Below the pieces are notes generated by a model. That model made no database searches. It was given only the letters and a program-made list of their open reading frames with translations, and had not been told where the DNA came from. Shown in pieces: positions 53,391 to 61,277 of a stretch of DNA of 64,000 nt. Source of the stretch: Atopobiaceae bacterium (GTDB lineage Bacteria; Actinomycetota; Coriobacteriia; Coriobacteriales; Atopobiaceae); NCBI GenBank assembly GCA_902834555.1, contig CADFJN010000012.1, forward strand, positions 1,602-65,601, given 5' to 3'. The stretch's first letter is position 1; each line of letters starts with the position of its first letter. Position numbers and translations under genes: made by a program.

Positions 53391-53469
53391 AATTATTGCG
53401 CGAAATTGTTTGATATTTGCTTCTCAACTGGGATAACATCATCTCTGCCAGAAATATCGCGCAATAATT
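53391..53469. repeat. AT-rich 79-bp TIR element, copy 2 of 3 (perfect 13-bp termini AATTATTGCGCGA / TCGCGCAATAATT)
   Basis: aattattgcgcgaaattgtttgatatttgcttctcaactgggataacatcatctctgccagaaatatcgcgcaataatt. It contains TTGATA-18 nt-TAACAT, a plausible outward promoter toward the following gene. Confidence 0.75.
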
Positions 53470-53494
53470 GCCCTCAGTCAGGCTGGAGATGCCC

Positions 53495-54712
53495 ATGCGC
53501 CTCACGCTCGATCGCCTTAGTGCACTTGCAGCCATCAGATCCATCCGTTGTGGTACGGCTCCCGATGTGCAAAGTGGCCTCGCATCGCTGAGAAGAACCG
53601 GCATCGCCGCCCCGGAACTCCCAGAGGGCAGGAAGCGGTGGAGTGCAAGCTGCATCGACCTCTCCGAGCTGGGGTTAGTGCGTGACACGCGAGGAAGCCA
53701 CCCTATTGAGATTGCTGTACCAAGCGAGCGCGACCGAATCCGCTCCAAGGCCTTCTCGTCAATCCTTCACACCGCCCCGCTTCCAAAGGGCGCATTCATA
53801 GACGCTGGGCAGGGCTTTCGCATTGCCTCGCCCGAGCTCGTCTTTGTAGAGATGGGTGCCGTGATGCAGCCAGAAATCCAGGCACTTCTCGGCTACGAGC
53901 TCACGGGAAGCTTCTCACGAAACCCCTCAGACCCTCGCGGAGGCACCGTTGCCTACGGCATTCCCCCTGCAACAAGTGTCGAGAAAATCGAGAAGTTCCT
54001 CTCGCAGTGCGAGGGTAATGCAGGCGTTGCCCAATCAAGGCAGGTCATTGAGTATGTAGCCAATAACGCTTGGTCTCCCGCTGAAGCGGTTATCGCTGCC
54101 CTTATGGCCCTGCCGCTGGAGTACCTTGGGTACGGTATGGGGCGCTTGGTGCTCAACAACCGCCAAACCGCAGCGGACGAGCTGGCCCGCGCTGGAGCGC
54201 ACAGCTCACGCGTGCCGGACATCCTTGTTCCCGGAACATGCGTGGGCATCAACTACGACAGCTTCTACCACCTTGACCTGGACAGCGTCATCGAGGCGGC
54301 GCGCGCGTGCGCCCTGGCTCCAAATGACGAGGCGGCGGCGGTCACCCTTGAGAATGCACGGAGGTCGGTGCGGGATAAGGTCCTTGATGACCTGCGCCGA
54401 AACAGAGAACTGGCTGCTCAGGGGCTTGTGGTTCTACCGGCTACGAGTGAAGACCTCTACCGGAAGGGCGGGTTCGACGAGCTGATGCTCGAGGTGTTCC
54501 GCACAATCGAGCTGCTGTCTGGCAAGGACATGGCAGAAAGCCGGCGCGCGCTGGCATCGCACGCCGTCTGCGAGCGCAGGCAAACTCTCATCTGGTCGCT
54601 TCTCGCTTGGGAGCAAGGACGCAGCTATGCGCGCGAGCAGGTCGAACGCGAGCGGCGAGGGATCCTGAGGATTAAGAATCCCCAGATCATCGAGGTCGAC
54701 ATGGTTATTTAA
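53495..54712 (+). CDS. Hypothetical protein with C-terminal DUF559/Vsr-like (restriction-endonuclease-fold) region
   Basis: IASPELVFVEMG...GYELTGSF...SPAEAVIAALMALPLEYLGYG...RVPDILVPGTCVGINYDSFYHLD...RRNRELAAQGLVVL. The start is ambiguous (TTG 53468, ATG 53489, ATG 53495). Confidence 0.6.
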   Translation: MRLTLDRLSALAAIRSIRCGTAPDVQSGLASLRRTGIAAPELPEGRKRWSASCIDLSELGLVRDTRGSHPIEIAVPSERDRIRSKAFSSILHTAPLPKGAFIDAGQGFRIASPELVFVEMGAVMQPEIQALLGYELTGSFSRNPSDPRGGTVAYGIPPATSVEKIEKFLSQCEGNAGVAQSRQVIEYVANNAWSPAEAVIAALMALPLEYLGYGMGRLVLNNRQTAADELARAGAHSSRVPDILVPGTCVGINYDSFYHLDLDSVIEAARACALAPNDEAAAVTLENARRSVRDKVLDDLRRNRELAAQGLVVLPATSEDLYRKGGFDELMLEVFRTIELLSGKDMAESRRALASHAVCERRQTLIWSLLAWEQGRSYAREQVERERRGILRIKNPQIIEVDMVI

Positions 54713-54793
54713 GGGCCGGCAGAAGCCCGGCTGCCGAGAGGGGCTTGGATACCTGGCGCCCTTGGAAGCCACGGACGGTGATATGGCGTTGCG

Positions 54794-54872
54794 ATTATTG
54801 CGCGTTTTTCCGAGATGATTCTTCTATTAACTGGGAATATACAATTCCCGCCAGAAATATCGTTCAATAATT
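54794..54872. repeat. AT-rich 79-bp TIR element, copy 3 of 3
   Basis: attattgcgcgtttttccgagatgattcttctattaactgggaatatacaattcccgccagaaatatcgttcaataatt. About 200 nt upstream of the SIS-domain gene. Confidence 0.75.
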
Positions 54873-55075
54873 AAGCGCTGAGAGACCCTTTGCATTGGCG
54901 CCTTTGCATTGGCGGCAAGTCCTCTTTGTAACGCAGCAGGTTGCCGTTCTCGGCATGCGCCCGCAGCACGCATTACGCTCGCGGGGTCGTTCGGGCAAGC
55001 GGGCATGAATGCCGCGCACGTTGCGTAGACTGTTCTCATCCGTACAGATTGGCGACCCGGTGAGCGGGAGGCAGC

Positions 55076-55690
55076 ATGAGCGAGATTGGCTTCCATATCA
55101 AGGAGGCAGGCGAGCTCTCGGACGACGAGTTCAATGCCCTGCGCCGTCACTACCTTGTCTACGCATGGGCCGAGAGGGACGAGCACCGCAACCTGCATCG
55201 CGACCTTGACGCCATATACACCGAGATAGACGGGCTTGTCGCCAGAGGTGGGCTACTGCCAATCGTGAACTCGCTCAACACGTGCGGGCGTATCGTGATC
55301 TTCTCGACGGAGTCTTCCACGCTGGCGCTACGCGAGTTTCAGCAGGCCATGCTTGTGGAGGACAAGACCGTCCACCTGGTGCCCGAGGACTCTCCCAGCA
55401 CCGCGAAGCTTGACACCCTCACCCCCAACGACCTGCTCATTGTTGTGACCACGTCGAATGGCTTCGCCCGCAGGCAGCGTGCGGTCATCGAGCGGTGCCA
55501 CGCCTACAAGGTCATTGTGACGGCAAGCGAGGACCCGGCGCTGCACGCAATTTTCGATGACGTGCTGGCCTTTGGAAAGGACGCGAGCGAGGGTTCCTCG
55601 CTCCACCGGATCTACGCGACCTTTGGGGTCACGTACTTCTTCGACCGGCTGTTTGCCCAGTACGCGCGGGCGTTCGACCCACTGCTGTAG
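55076..55690 (+). CDS. SIS-domain protein (RpiR/MurR-like sensor domain without the N-terminal HTH)
   Basis: GGGAGG RBS. GRIVIFSTESSTLALREFQQ...DLLIVVTTSNGFARRQRAVIERCHAYKVIVTAS. Confidence 0.6.
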   Translation: MSEIGFHIKEAGELSDDEFNALRRHYLVYAWAERDEHRNLHRDLDAIYTEIDGLVARGGLLPIVNSLNTCGRIVIFSTESSTLALREFQQAMLVEDKTVHLVPEDSPSTAKLDTLTPNDLLIVVTTSNGFARRQRAVIERCHAYKVIVTASEDPALHAIFDDVLAFGKDASEGSSLHRIYATFGVTYFFDRLFAQYARAFDPLL

Positions 55691-55697
55691 TCGCTAC

Positions 55698-57182
55698 CTA
55701 GCGTGCAGCGCCCTGGTTGCCGGATGACTTGCGCGCGCGAGAAGAGCGCTTGGTGCCGGTTGAGGGCCTCTTTGCACCCGCGGAGGCCTTCTTGGCCGTA
55801 GCAGGCTTCTTTCTTGTTGCCGGCTTCTTCGCGGGTGCCGTGGTCTTCTTGGCCGGAGCAGCCGGCTTCTTCGCGGGTGCCGTGGTCTTCTTGGCCGGAG
55901 CAGCCGGCTTCTTGGCCGGAGCCGCAGTTGCCGGCTCCTTTTCCGACGCCTCGTCGAGCACCGCCTGCAGCCGAGCCTTTGCCTCTGCCTCGCGCGCACG
56001 CGCGACCTCAACGGCCTCCTCGGCCCGCGCGACCTCGTCCTCAGCCGCGGCCTGCTCGGACTTCGCGCTAGCAGCAGCCGCCTCGGCCTCGCCGGCAATC
56101 CACTGGGCAGAGGAGAGCTCGGCAGCAGCCCTATCGGCCTCTACCTGGGCTTCGTTGCCCTTGCGGATGGCATCTTCCAGCAGTGCCGCAATGCGGTCCT
56201 TCTCGGCCCACGCATCGTGCGCGACAGCGGCAAGGCGCTCGGCCTCCTTGGCGTGCTCGGCAACGGACTGCTGCTCGGCCTTGGTGCGCTCCTCAGCCGC
56301 AGCCAGCGCATCATGCATCTGTGCAAGACGTTCCTTTGCCTGCTCGAGCCGCTCTCCCGCGCCCGCAAGATCTGCGCCAGCGCTCTGCGCGGCCGCCCGC
56401 GCATCCCCCACAACAGACGCCGCGTGCCTGCGCTGCAGTCCACCCTCATCGAGCAGGCATGGAAGCAGCTGCCGCGCCTCCTCCTGCCACCAGGCCCAGC
56501 TGTGGTCAACGTCGGCACCCCAGTACTCAAACGTTGCGAAAACGCCCGCAGCCTCAAGCTCGCCCTGAAGCGTCCGCTGGGTCTGGCCGCCCTCCTCGCC
56601 GGCACCAGTACCGCACACAAACGCCAGCTGCTTCCCAGACAGGGCCTCTACCAGCAGCGGGTTGTCGCCAAGCCCGCGCACCAGATCCACGGGCGAAAAG
56701 GCCCGCCAGCCGTCGGACATTGCATCCCCCACAACCCAGGCGGCGTCGTAGGTGCCGGAGAGCGCGAGAAGCCCACCGTAGAGACTGGGCTTGCGCAGCA
56801 TGGCGATGGTCGCGTTGAGCGCGCCCAGGCCCGCGCCGGCAACAATGGGCGCGCCGGCATCGGGCGCCTCGTTGCGCACCAGCTGGGCAAGTTCGTTCTC
56901 GACCAGGTCAAAGTACCCGCCAAGGCTTGTTAGACGGTAGTCCGCTGGGGCATAGCCCGCATACCAGCTGGCATCGTCGGCGGAGTCAACGCAGAAGAGC
57001 CGCACGCGCCCGGCATCGATGAGTCCCGCCAGCGCGTCGACCATGCCACCTTCCTCCCAGCTCGCGCACGAGGCGTCGCCCTCGGGAAACACGATGACCG
57101 GCCGGCCGGCGCTACCGTACAGCGTAACGTCAAAGTCCCCGTCGACACCCTCACGGTGCAGGGTAAAGTCCTTGGTCTCCAT
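55698..57182 (-). CDS. Esterase-D-like alpha/beta hydrolase fused to an Ala/Glu coiled coil and a histone-H1-like PAKK-repeat tail
   Basis: GGAGG RBS precedes ATG 57182 (METKDFTLHREGV...). AGAGLGALNA nucleophile-elbow-like motif, then about 170 aa of AEAxxA heptad-like sequence, then PAKKPAAPAKKTTAPAKKPAAPAKKTTAPAKKPATRKKPATAKK (42-bp DNA repeat at 55819-55920). Confidence 0.75.
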   Translation of the reverse strand: METKDFTLHREGVDGDFDVTLYGSAGRPVIVFPEGDASCASWEEGGMVDALAGLIDAGRVRLFCVDSADDASWYAGYAPADYRLTSLGGYFDLVENELAQLVRNEAPDAGAPIVAGAGLGALNATIAMLRKPSLYGGLLALSGTYDAAWVVGDAMSDGWRAFSPVDLVRGLGDNPLLVEALSGKQLAFVCGTGAGEEGGQTQRTLQGELEAAGVFATFEYWGADVDHSWAWWQEEARQLLPCLLDEGGLQRRHAASVVGDARAAAQSAGADLAGAGERLEQAKERLAQMHDALAAAEERTKAEQQSVAEHAKEAERLAAVAHDAWAEKDRIAALLEDAIRKGNEAQVEADRAAAELSSAQWIAGEAEAAAASAKSEQAAAEDEVARAEEAVEVARAREAEAKARLQAVLDEASEKEPATAAPAKKPAAPAKKTTAPAKKPAAPAKKTTAPAKKPATRKKPATAKKASAGAKRPSTGTKRSSRARKSSGNQGAAR

Positions 57183-57314
57183 GTTGCCTCCGTCTCGAGT
57201 TCCCAATGCGTCTATTGTGCGCCATTGCTCCGGCCTTCTTCTCGAGCGGGAGGAGAGAGAGCGAGAAGACCTCGCGAACGGGGCGGAAAGGAGCGCGCGC
57301 TGCGTCCTTGTCGG

Positions 57315-57893
57315 CTACTTCCCCTCACGCAGCGCGGGGAGCACCGCGCCCGTCGTTCGCACGAACTCGCTCAGGTACTTGTTGACCTCGTCGATCTCCA
57401 CACCTGGGTAGTCCCCCACGAGCCAGGAACGGTAGGTCTGCAGCACGCCGCCGGCAATGTAGTCGGTGAGCATGGCGCAGGCCTTCTTCTCCTGCTGCGT
57501 GTTTACGGGAATGCGCTGTTGCACCCACTCGCGGAAGCGGGACTCGAGCGCAAAGACGAAGGGCTCGATGCTTCTCGACTCAACCAGCTTGCGCGTAAGC
57601 TCCCGGTTCTGGTCGAGGTACTCGCCCACCTGCGTGAGCACGGGCAGAGGGTCCTCAAGAAAGCCGCTCTCCACCGCCTGTGAGAGAAACTCCGAGATGG
57701 TGTCTGCAGTGTCTGCCATCACGGACCTCATGAGGTCGTCCACGTTGTCGAAGTGGGCGTAGAACGTGCCGCGGTTGAGGTCTGCCTTACGGGCCACGTC
57801 GGAGACCGTGATGCTCTCATAGGACTTCTCGGCCAGCAACTCCATGAACGCCTCCTTGAGCAGGCATATGGAGCGCTGCGCGTTCCTGTTCAT
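57315..57893 (-). CDS. TetR-family transcriptional regulator
   Basis: MNRNAQRSICLLKEAFMELLAEKSYESITVSDVARKADLNRGTFYAHF (TetR HTH). Confidence 0.85.
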   Translation of the reverse strand: MNRNAQRSICLLKEAFMELLAEKSYESITVSDVARKADLNRGTFYAHFDNVDDLMRSVMADTADTISEFLSQAVESGFLEDPLPVLTQVGEYLDQNRELTRKLVESRSIEPFVFALESRFREWVQQRIPVNTQQEKKACAMLTDYIAGGVLQTYRSWLVGDYPGVEIDEVNKYLSEFVRTTGAVLPALREGK

Positions 57894-58289
57894 GCCCTCT
57901 CTGCCATATGTGCTCCCTCCAAGCGCAACAAATGACATTGTTAGTGTACAAGTCCGAACGAAATGTGGCCCACGTAGGCCCGAAGTTCTTCTGTGTACGT
58001 CGTAATAATTGAATCTGGTTAGAAAGTGGTCATGTGTTTATCAATGCACAACTGTTTAATTTTTATCCGGGGAAGCAGCAGGCAGACGAGGCGCTCTTTC
58101 GCGGGTGCTCCGCCGCAACGCTCCGCCACAAGAAGCCGGCCGAATGAAATCAGCCCTCCGGCGTCAATTGGCGCCGGAGGGCACACTGTTGAGCAAATCC
58201 TGTCGATAAGGGCCCTTCGAGCGCCCGTTTTGCGCCAAAAGCAAGAAAACCGTCAGCGCCGCTGCAGAAAATCACAGCTCCGGCGCCTC

Positions 58290-58320
58290 ATGAGACAAAG
58301 GGACTGTCCCTTTGTCTCAT
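58290..58320 (-). terminator. Second copy of the 31-bp perfect palindrome ATGAGACAAAGGGACTGTCCCTTTGTCTCAT, overlapping a stop codon
   Basis: Identical to 19880-19910. The TGA of the 58317..58697 gene lies inside the palindrome. Confidence 0.5.
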
Positions 58321-58697
58321 TTGGGGAGCTTGCCCTCGTCTTGGGCGCGGCGAATGGCCATCTCCATGTGCGCCAACATGGGCCCGGAGGATGACGTATC
58401 CGGCAGCGGCTCGCCGTGGAAGGAGTTGTCAAAGAGCACGCTCATCACGTCGTTGAGCGGGCTCTTGTAGCCGTCGTCCGTGGCCTTGAGACCCTGCACG
58501 TCGTAGCCAGAGGCCTCAAGCGCAAACGCAATCACGCTCGTCTCAACTCCCAGGTCCGCTGCAACCTCGGGCAGGGTCTTCTCGGCGTCAACGTCCTCGA
58601 TGCCCATCTCGGCAAGAAGGCCGGGGAGGTCCGGGTACTGCGCAAAGAGCTTGCCCGCCGGCAGCCCAAGGTCGATGACGTTCTTCTCGTCCGCCAC
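58317..58697 (-). CDS. Hypothetical protein, DUF1858-like N-terminal region
   Basis: GTG 58697 is preceded by GGGAGG, which overlaps the def-like stop. VADEKNVIDLGLPAGKLFAQYPDLPGLLAEMGI...TLPEVAADLGVETSVIAFALE. Confidence 0.55.
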   Translation of the reverse strand: MADEKNVIDLGLPAGKLFAQYPDLPGLLAEMGIEDVDAEKTLPEVAADLGVETSVIAFALEASGYDVQGLKATDDGYKSPLNDVMSVLFDNSFHGEPLPDTSSSGPMLAHMEMAIRRAQDEGKLPK

Positions 58698-58707
58698 GAT
58701 TGCCTCC

Positions 58708-59127
58708 CTAGACCAGCTTGCCGTTGCAGTGGTCGACCATGTGCTGCACCATCTGGGCCTCCCAGCCGGTAAGGTCGCGACGGCGCGGCACAAACTTGCC
58801 GTCGACCAGCTCGTCGTAGGAGACCTTGACCTTGCCATAGCGGGTGACCTTGGAAGGCTCGTCGTGCGAGAGGCACCCCTCCACGGTGCGCGTGGCGCTG
58901 AGACCCATCATGATGCGGGGGTTGTAGAGCACGTGGGCGTCACCGTTGTCATCGAGGTAAACCACCACGGCCTTGGTCTCGCCGATCTGGTTGGCCGCCA
59001 GGCAGGCGCCGTCCTCGACGGAGCGAAGGGTGTCAATGAGGTCCTGCGCCAGGGGCGCGTCCTCGGGCGTTGCGCGCTGGCACTTCTTGGAGAGAATGGC
59101 GTCGTCCTTGCAGAGCTCGCGAATCAT
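58708..59127 (-). CDS. Short peptide-deformylase-like protein with HMVDH instead of HExxH
   Basis: MIRELCKDDAILSKKC...GACLAANQIG (motif 1), EGCLSH (motif 2), QHMVDHCNGKLV (motif 3 with Glu replaced by Met; codons CAC ATG GTC GAC CAC read directly). 139 aa. Confidence 0.75.
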   Translation of the reverse strand: MIRELCKDDAILSKKCQRATPEDAPLAQDLIDTLRSVEDGACLAANQIGETKAVVVYLDDNGDAHVLYNPRIMMGLSATRTVEGCLSHDEPSKVTRYGKVKVSYDELVDGKFVPRRRDLTGWEAQMVQHMVDHCNGKLV

Positions 59128-59246
59128 GTGCGTTCCTTTCGGGAGGGCCGCTGGCAGCCGGGGCAACCGCAGCCGTTTTCAAGCAGGCCATATCTTACCG
59201 CCATGTGCCGCCTGGCGAGAAGCTCTTGCCCAGAGGCCGGCGCAAG

Positions 59247-59354
59247 CTGCATTTTTCGATTGGTTAGCCGCATCTAACCGATCGATATTTGCAGGTTTGT
59301 CCCTCGCTTGCATTTTTCGATCGGTTAGGCCCGCTTAACCGATCGAAAAATGCA
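59247..59354. repeat. Two about 46-bp palindromic units (TGCATTTTTCGATCGGTTA-N7-TAACCGATCGAAAAATGCA)
   Basis: ctgcatttttcgattggttagccgcatctaaccgatcgatatttgcag and tgcatttttcgatcggttaggcccgcttaaccgatcgaaaaatgca. They share the CGGTTA...TAACCG core with the terminator hairpin at 59389-59418. Confidence 0.75.
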
Positions 59355-59382
59355 GAGACGCGTCAAACGCATTCTCTGCATG

Positions 59383-59418
59383 AAAAAACCGAGCGGTTAA
59401 GTCACCCTAACCGCTCGG
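59383..59418 (-). terminator. Rho-independent terminator downstream of the radical SAM gene
   Basis: Minus strand reads CCGAGCGGTTAGGGTGACTTAACCGCTCGGTTTTTTCATG. Confidence 0.7.
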
Positions 59419-59523
59419 AACATGCGAGAAAGACGCGCCGCCGGAGGCCTGGGCGCCGCCGAGAAAGACGTTCCGCCGGAGCTGCGCTGCACGCCGCCTC
59501 CTGCACGGCGAAAACCACAGGCC

Positions 59524-60960
59524 CTAGTACTTCACCCAGGCGTTGGGGTCGCCAGTCTCCTTGGCGAGGCGATCGGACAGTCTGCCCTTGGGGCTGGCGG
59601 ACCAGATGGGCGCGGACTTCTCGGCCCATGCCGCAGCGGCTGCCTTCGTCTTGCTCTCCAGCTCGTCGACGTCCTCGGGGTGCACGTAGTCCGTGGACTT
59701 GGCGCCAGTCTCATGCACCATCTCCGAGAGCTTGCCGGGGTTGTCCAGCAGCGGGCACGGCCTCAGCATGTTGGAGTTGAACGGCTGGTGCGCCTGGTAG
59801 CTCTTGAAGAGCGGGCTCTTGTAGCACTCGAGCAGGCTCTTCTCGCGGATGTTGGAGTCGGAGTAGTGGATGAACGCGCAGGGCTCCACGTCGCCGGCGG
59901 CGTTGATGTGCATGTAACGACGAGCGCCGGCGATGCAGCCGCCCGTATACTCGCCGTCGTTCCAGAAGTCGGCGAAGAAGATGGGCACGTTGTTGCGCCA
60001 GTTCTTGCGCACCTTATCGTACATGCCGGCGCGCTGCTCGGCGGTGGCGAGAAGCTCCACGGGAGCGCCCAGGCCAACGGGCATGTAGGTGAAGATCCAC
60101 GCAAAGAGGACGCCCTTGTCCACCAGGAACTGGATGTACTCGTCGCTCGTGATGGAGTCGTAGTTTGCGCTGGTGTAGCACATGGACGCGCCAAACGGCA
60201 GCTTGCGCTCGCGCAGGATGTCCATGGCGTGCGTCACGCGCGCAAAGGTGCCCTTGCCACGGCGGGAGTCCGTTGCCTCCTCGAAGCCCTCGATGGAGAA
60301 GGCCGGCATGAAGTTCTTCACGCGGAGCATCTCGTCGGCGAACTTCTCGTCCACCAGCGTGCCGTTGGTGAAGGCCGAGAAGAAGCAGTCAGGGTGCTTC
60401 TCGCACAGGCGGATGAGGTCGTTCTTGCGCACCATGGGCTCGCCGCCGGTGAAGAGGTAGATGTAGGTGCCCAGGTCCTTGCCCTGCGTGATGATGGAGT
60501 CAAGCTCCTCGAAGGTGAGGTCCTTGTGGTTGGCGTTGGTGTAGTTGGCCGCCCAGCAGCCGTTGCAGTGCAGGTTGCAACGGGTGGTGGGGTCCATGAG
60601 GATGGCCCAGGGGCAATTGCAGCCCTCGGTGTCGTTAACCTCGCGCTGGCGAGCGCCGCCAATGGTCACCGAGTTCACGAAGAAGTTGTGCACGAAGGTC
60701 TTGACGACGTCCTTGTCCACGTTGTTGATGATGTTGTCGACCAGGCGACGCCAGTTGTTGGTGGGGTCCTTCATGTAGCCCATGACCATGTTGAAGAGCC
60801 TGAGCTGGGCGTCGTTGATGGAGTCGCCGGAGCCGGCAAACTTGTTAATGAGAGACTCGACCTTGGGCAGGTTGCCGTCGAAATCGTCGTAGAGCATGTT
60901 GACGCCCTGGTCAACAGCGATGCCGATGGCCTTGGCCTTGATGGACGTAAACGCGGGCAT
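59524..60960 (-). CDS. Radical SAM enzyme with about 110-aa N-terminal extension and Cys-rich (SPASM/twitch-like) C-terminal region; function unknown
   Basis: Strong RBS GAAGGAGAGG. CNLHCNGCW (CxxxCxxC), FTGGEP, later GGCIAGARRYMHINAAGDVEPCAF...LRPCPLLDNP. Confidence 0.85.
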   Translation of the reverse strand: MPAFTSIKAKAIGIAVDQGVNMLYDDFDGNLPKVESLINKFAGSGDSINDAQLRLFNMVMGYMKDPTNNWRRLVDNIINNVDKDVVKTFVHNFFVNSVTIGGARQREVNDTEGCNCPWAILMDPTTRCNLHCNGCWAANYTNANHKDLTFEELDSIITQGKDLGTYIYLFTGGEPMVRKNDLIRLCEKHPDCFFSAFTNGTLVDEKFADEMLRVKNFMPAFSIEGFEEATDSRRGKGTFARVTHAMDILRERKLPFGASMCYTSANYDSITSDEYIQFLVDKGVLFAWIFTYMPVGLGAPVELLATAEQRAGMYDKVRKNWRNNVPIFFADFWNDGEYTGGCIAGARRYMHINAAGDVEPCAFIHYSDSNIREKSLLECYKSPLFKSYQAHQPFNSNMLRPCPLLDNPGKLSEMVHETGAKSTDYVHPEDVDELESKTKAAAAAWAEKSAPIWSASPKGRLSDRLAKETGDPNAWVKY

Positions 60961-61196
60961 GAGCCTCTCCTTCTCCTGCGGATAACCGCTCTCGGGGCGA
61001 CCCCTCGCGCCCGCGCTGTTGCGCGCTACGTGGGGCCTGGGTTGGAACAGAGAGTATCATCCCCCCAAGCCACTTGAGATGATTCCATTTTTTGAAATAA
61101 GTTCAATTCCAACACGCAAACGGTAGGCGGTAGTGCCCGCACCGCATCGGTCCCCTGGTCTTTTGCCCCTTACCCTAGACCCTACCCCCTCTCCCT

Positions 61197-61277
61197 TCCC
61201 CTCCTCGGCCCCCTCCTCGGCCCTTCCTCGGCCCCTTCCTCGGCCCTTCCTCGGCCCCTTCCTCGGCCCCTTCCTTC
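61197..61277. repeat. 11-12-bp tandem repeat x about 7 (CCTCGGCCC[CT]T[TC])
   Basis: ccctcctcggccccctcctcggcccttcctcggccccttcctcggcccttcctcggccccttcctcggccccttcc. Confidence 0.85.

Noticed and set aside
52027-53748. Long N-terminal extensions of track ORFs (adh to 53748, ldh to 19910, paralog 3 to 48894, LysR to 13609, trmB from 33683, pfp from 50556, EamA from 27775)
   Set aside because: The extensions lack homology to the family. They are R/S/P-rich, often begin with alternative start codons, and overlap neighbouring genes or repeats. Internal ATGs with good RBSs match the family N-termini.
55819-55920. 42-bp tandem DNA repeat considered as a non-coding VNTR
   Set aside because: It lies inside the esterase-PAKK ORF and encodes the in-frame APAKKPAAPAKKTT repeat. 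It is treated as part of that CDS.
58026-58394. 122-aa plus-strand ORF in the TetR upstream spacer as a possible divergent TetR target gene
   Set aside because: The translation is R/S/Q-rich. It runs through the 31-bp palindrome and into the antisense of the DUF1858-like gene, and it has no RBS.
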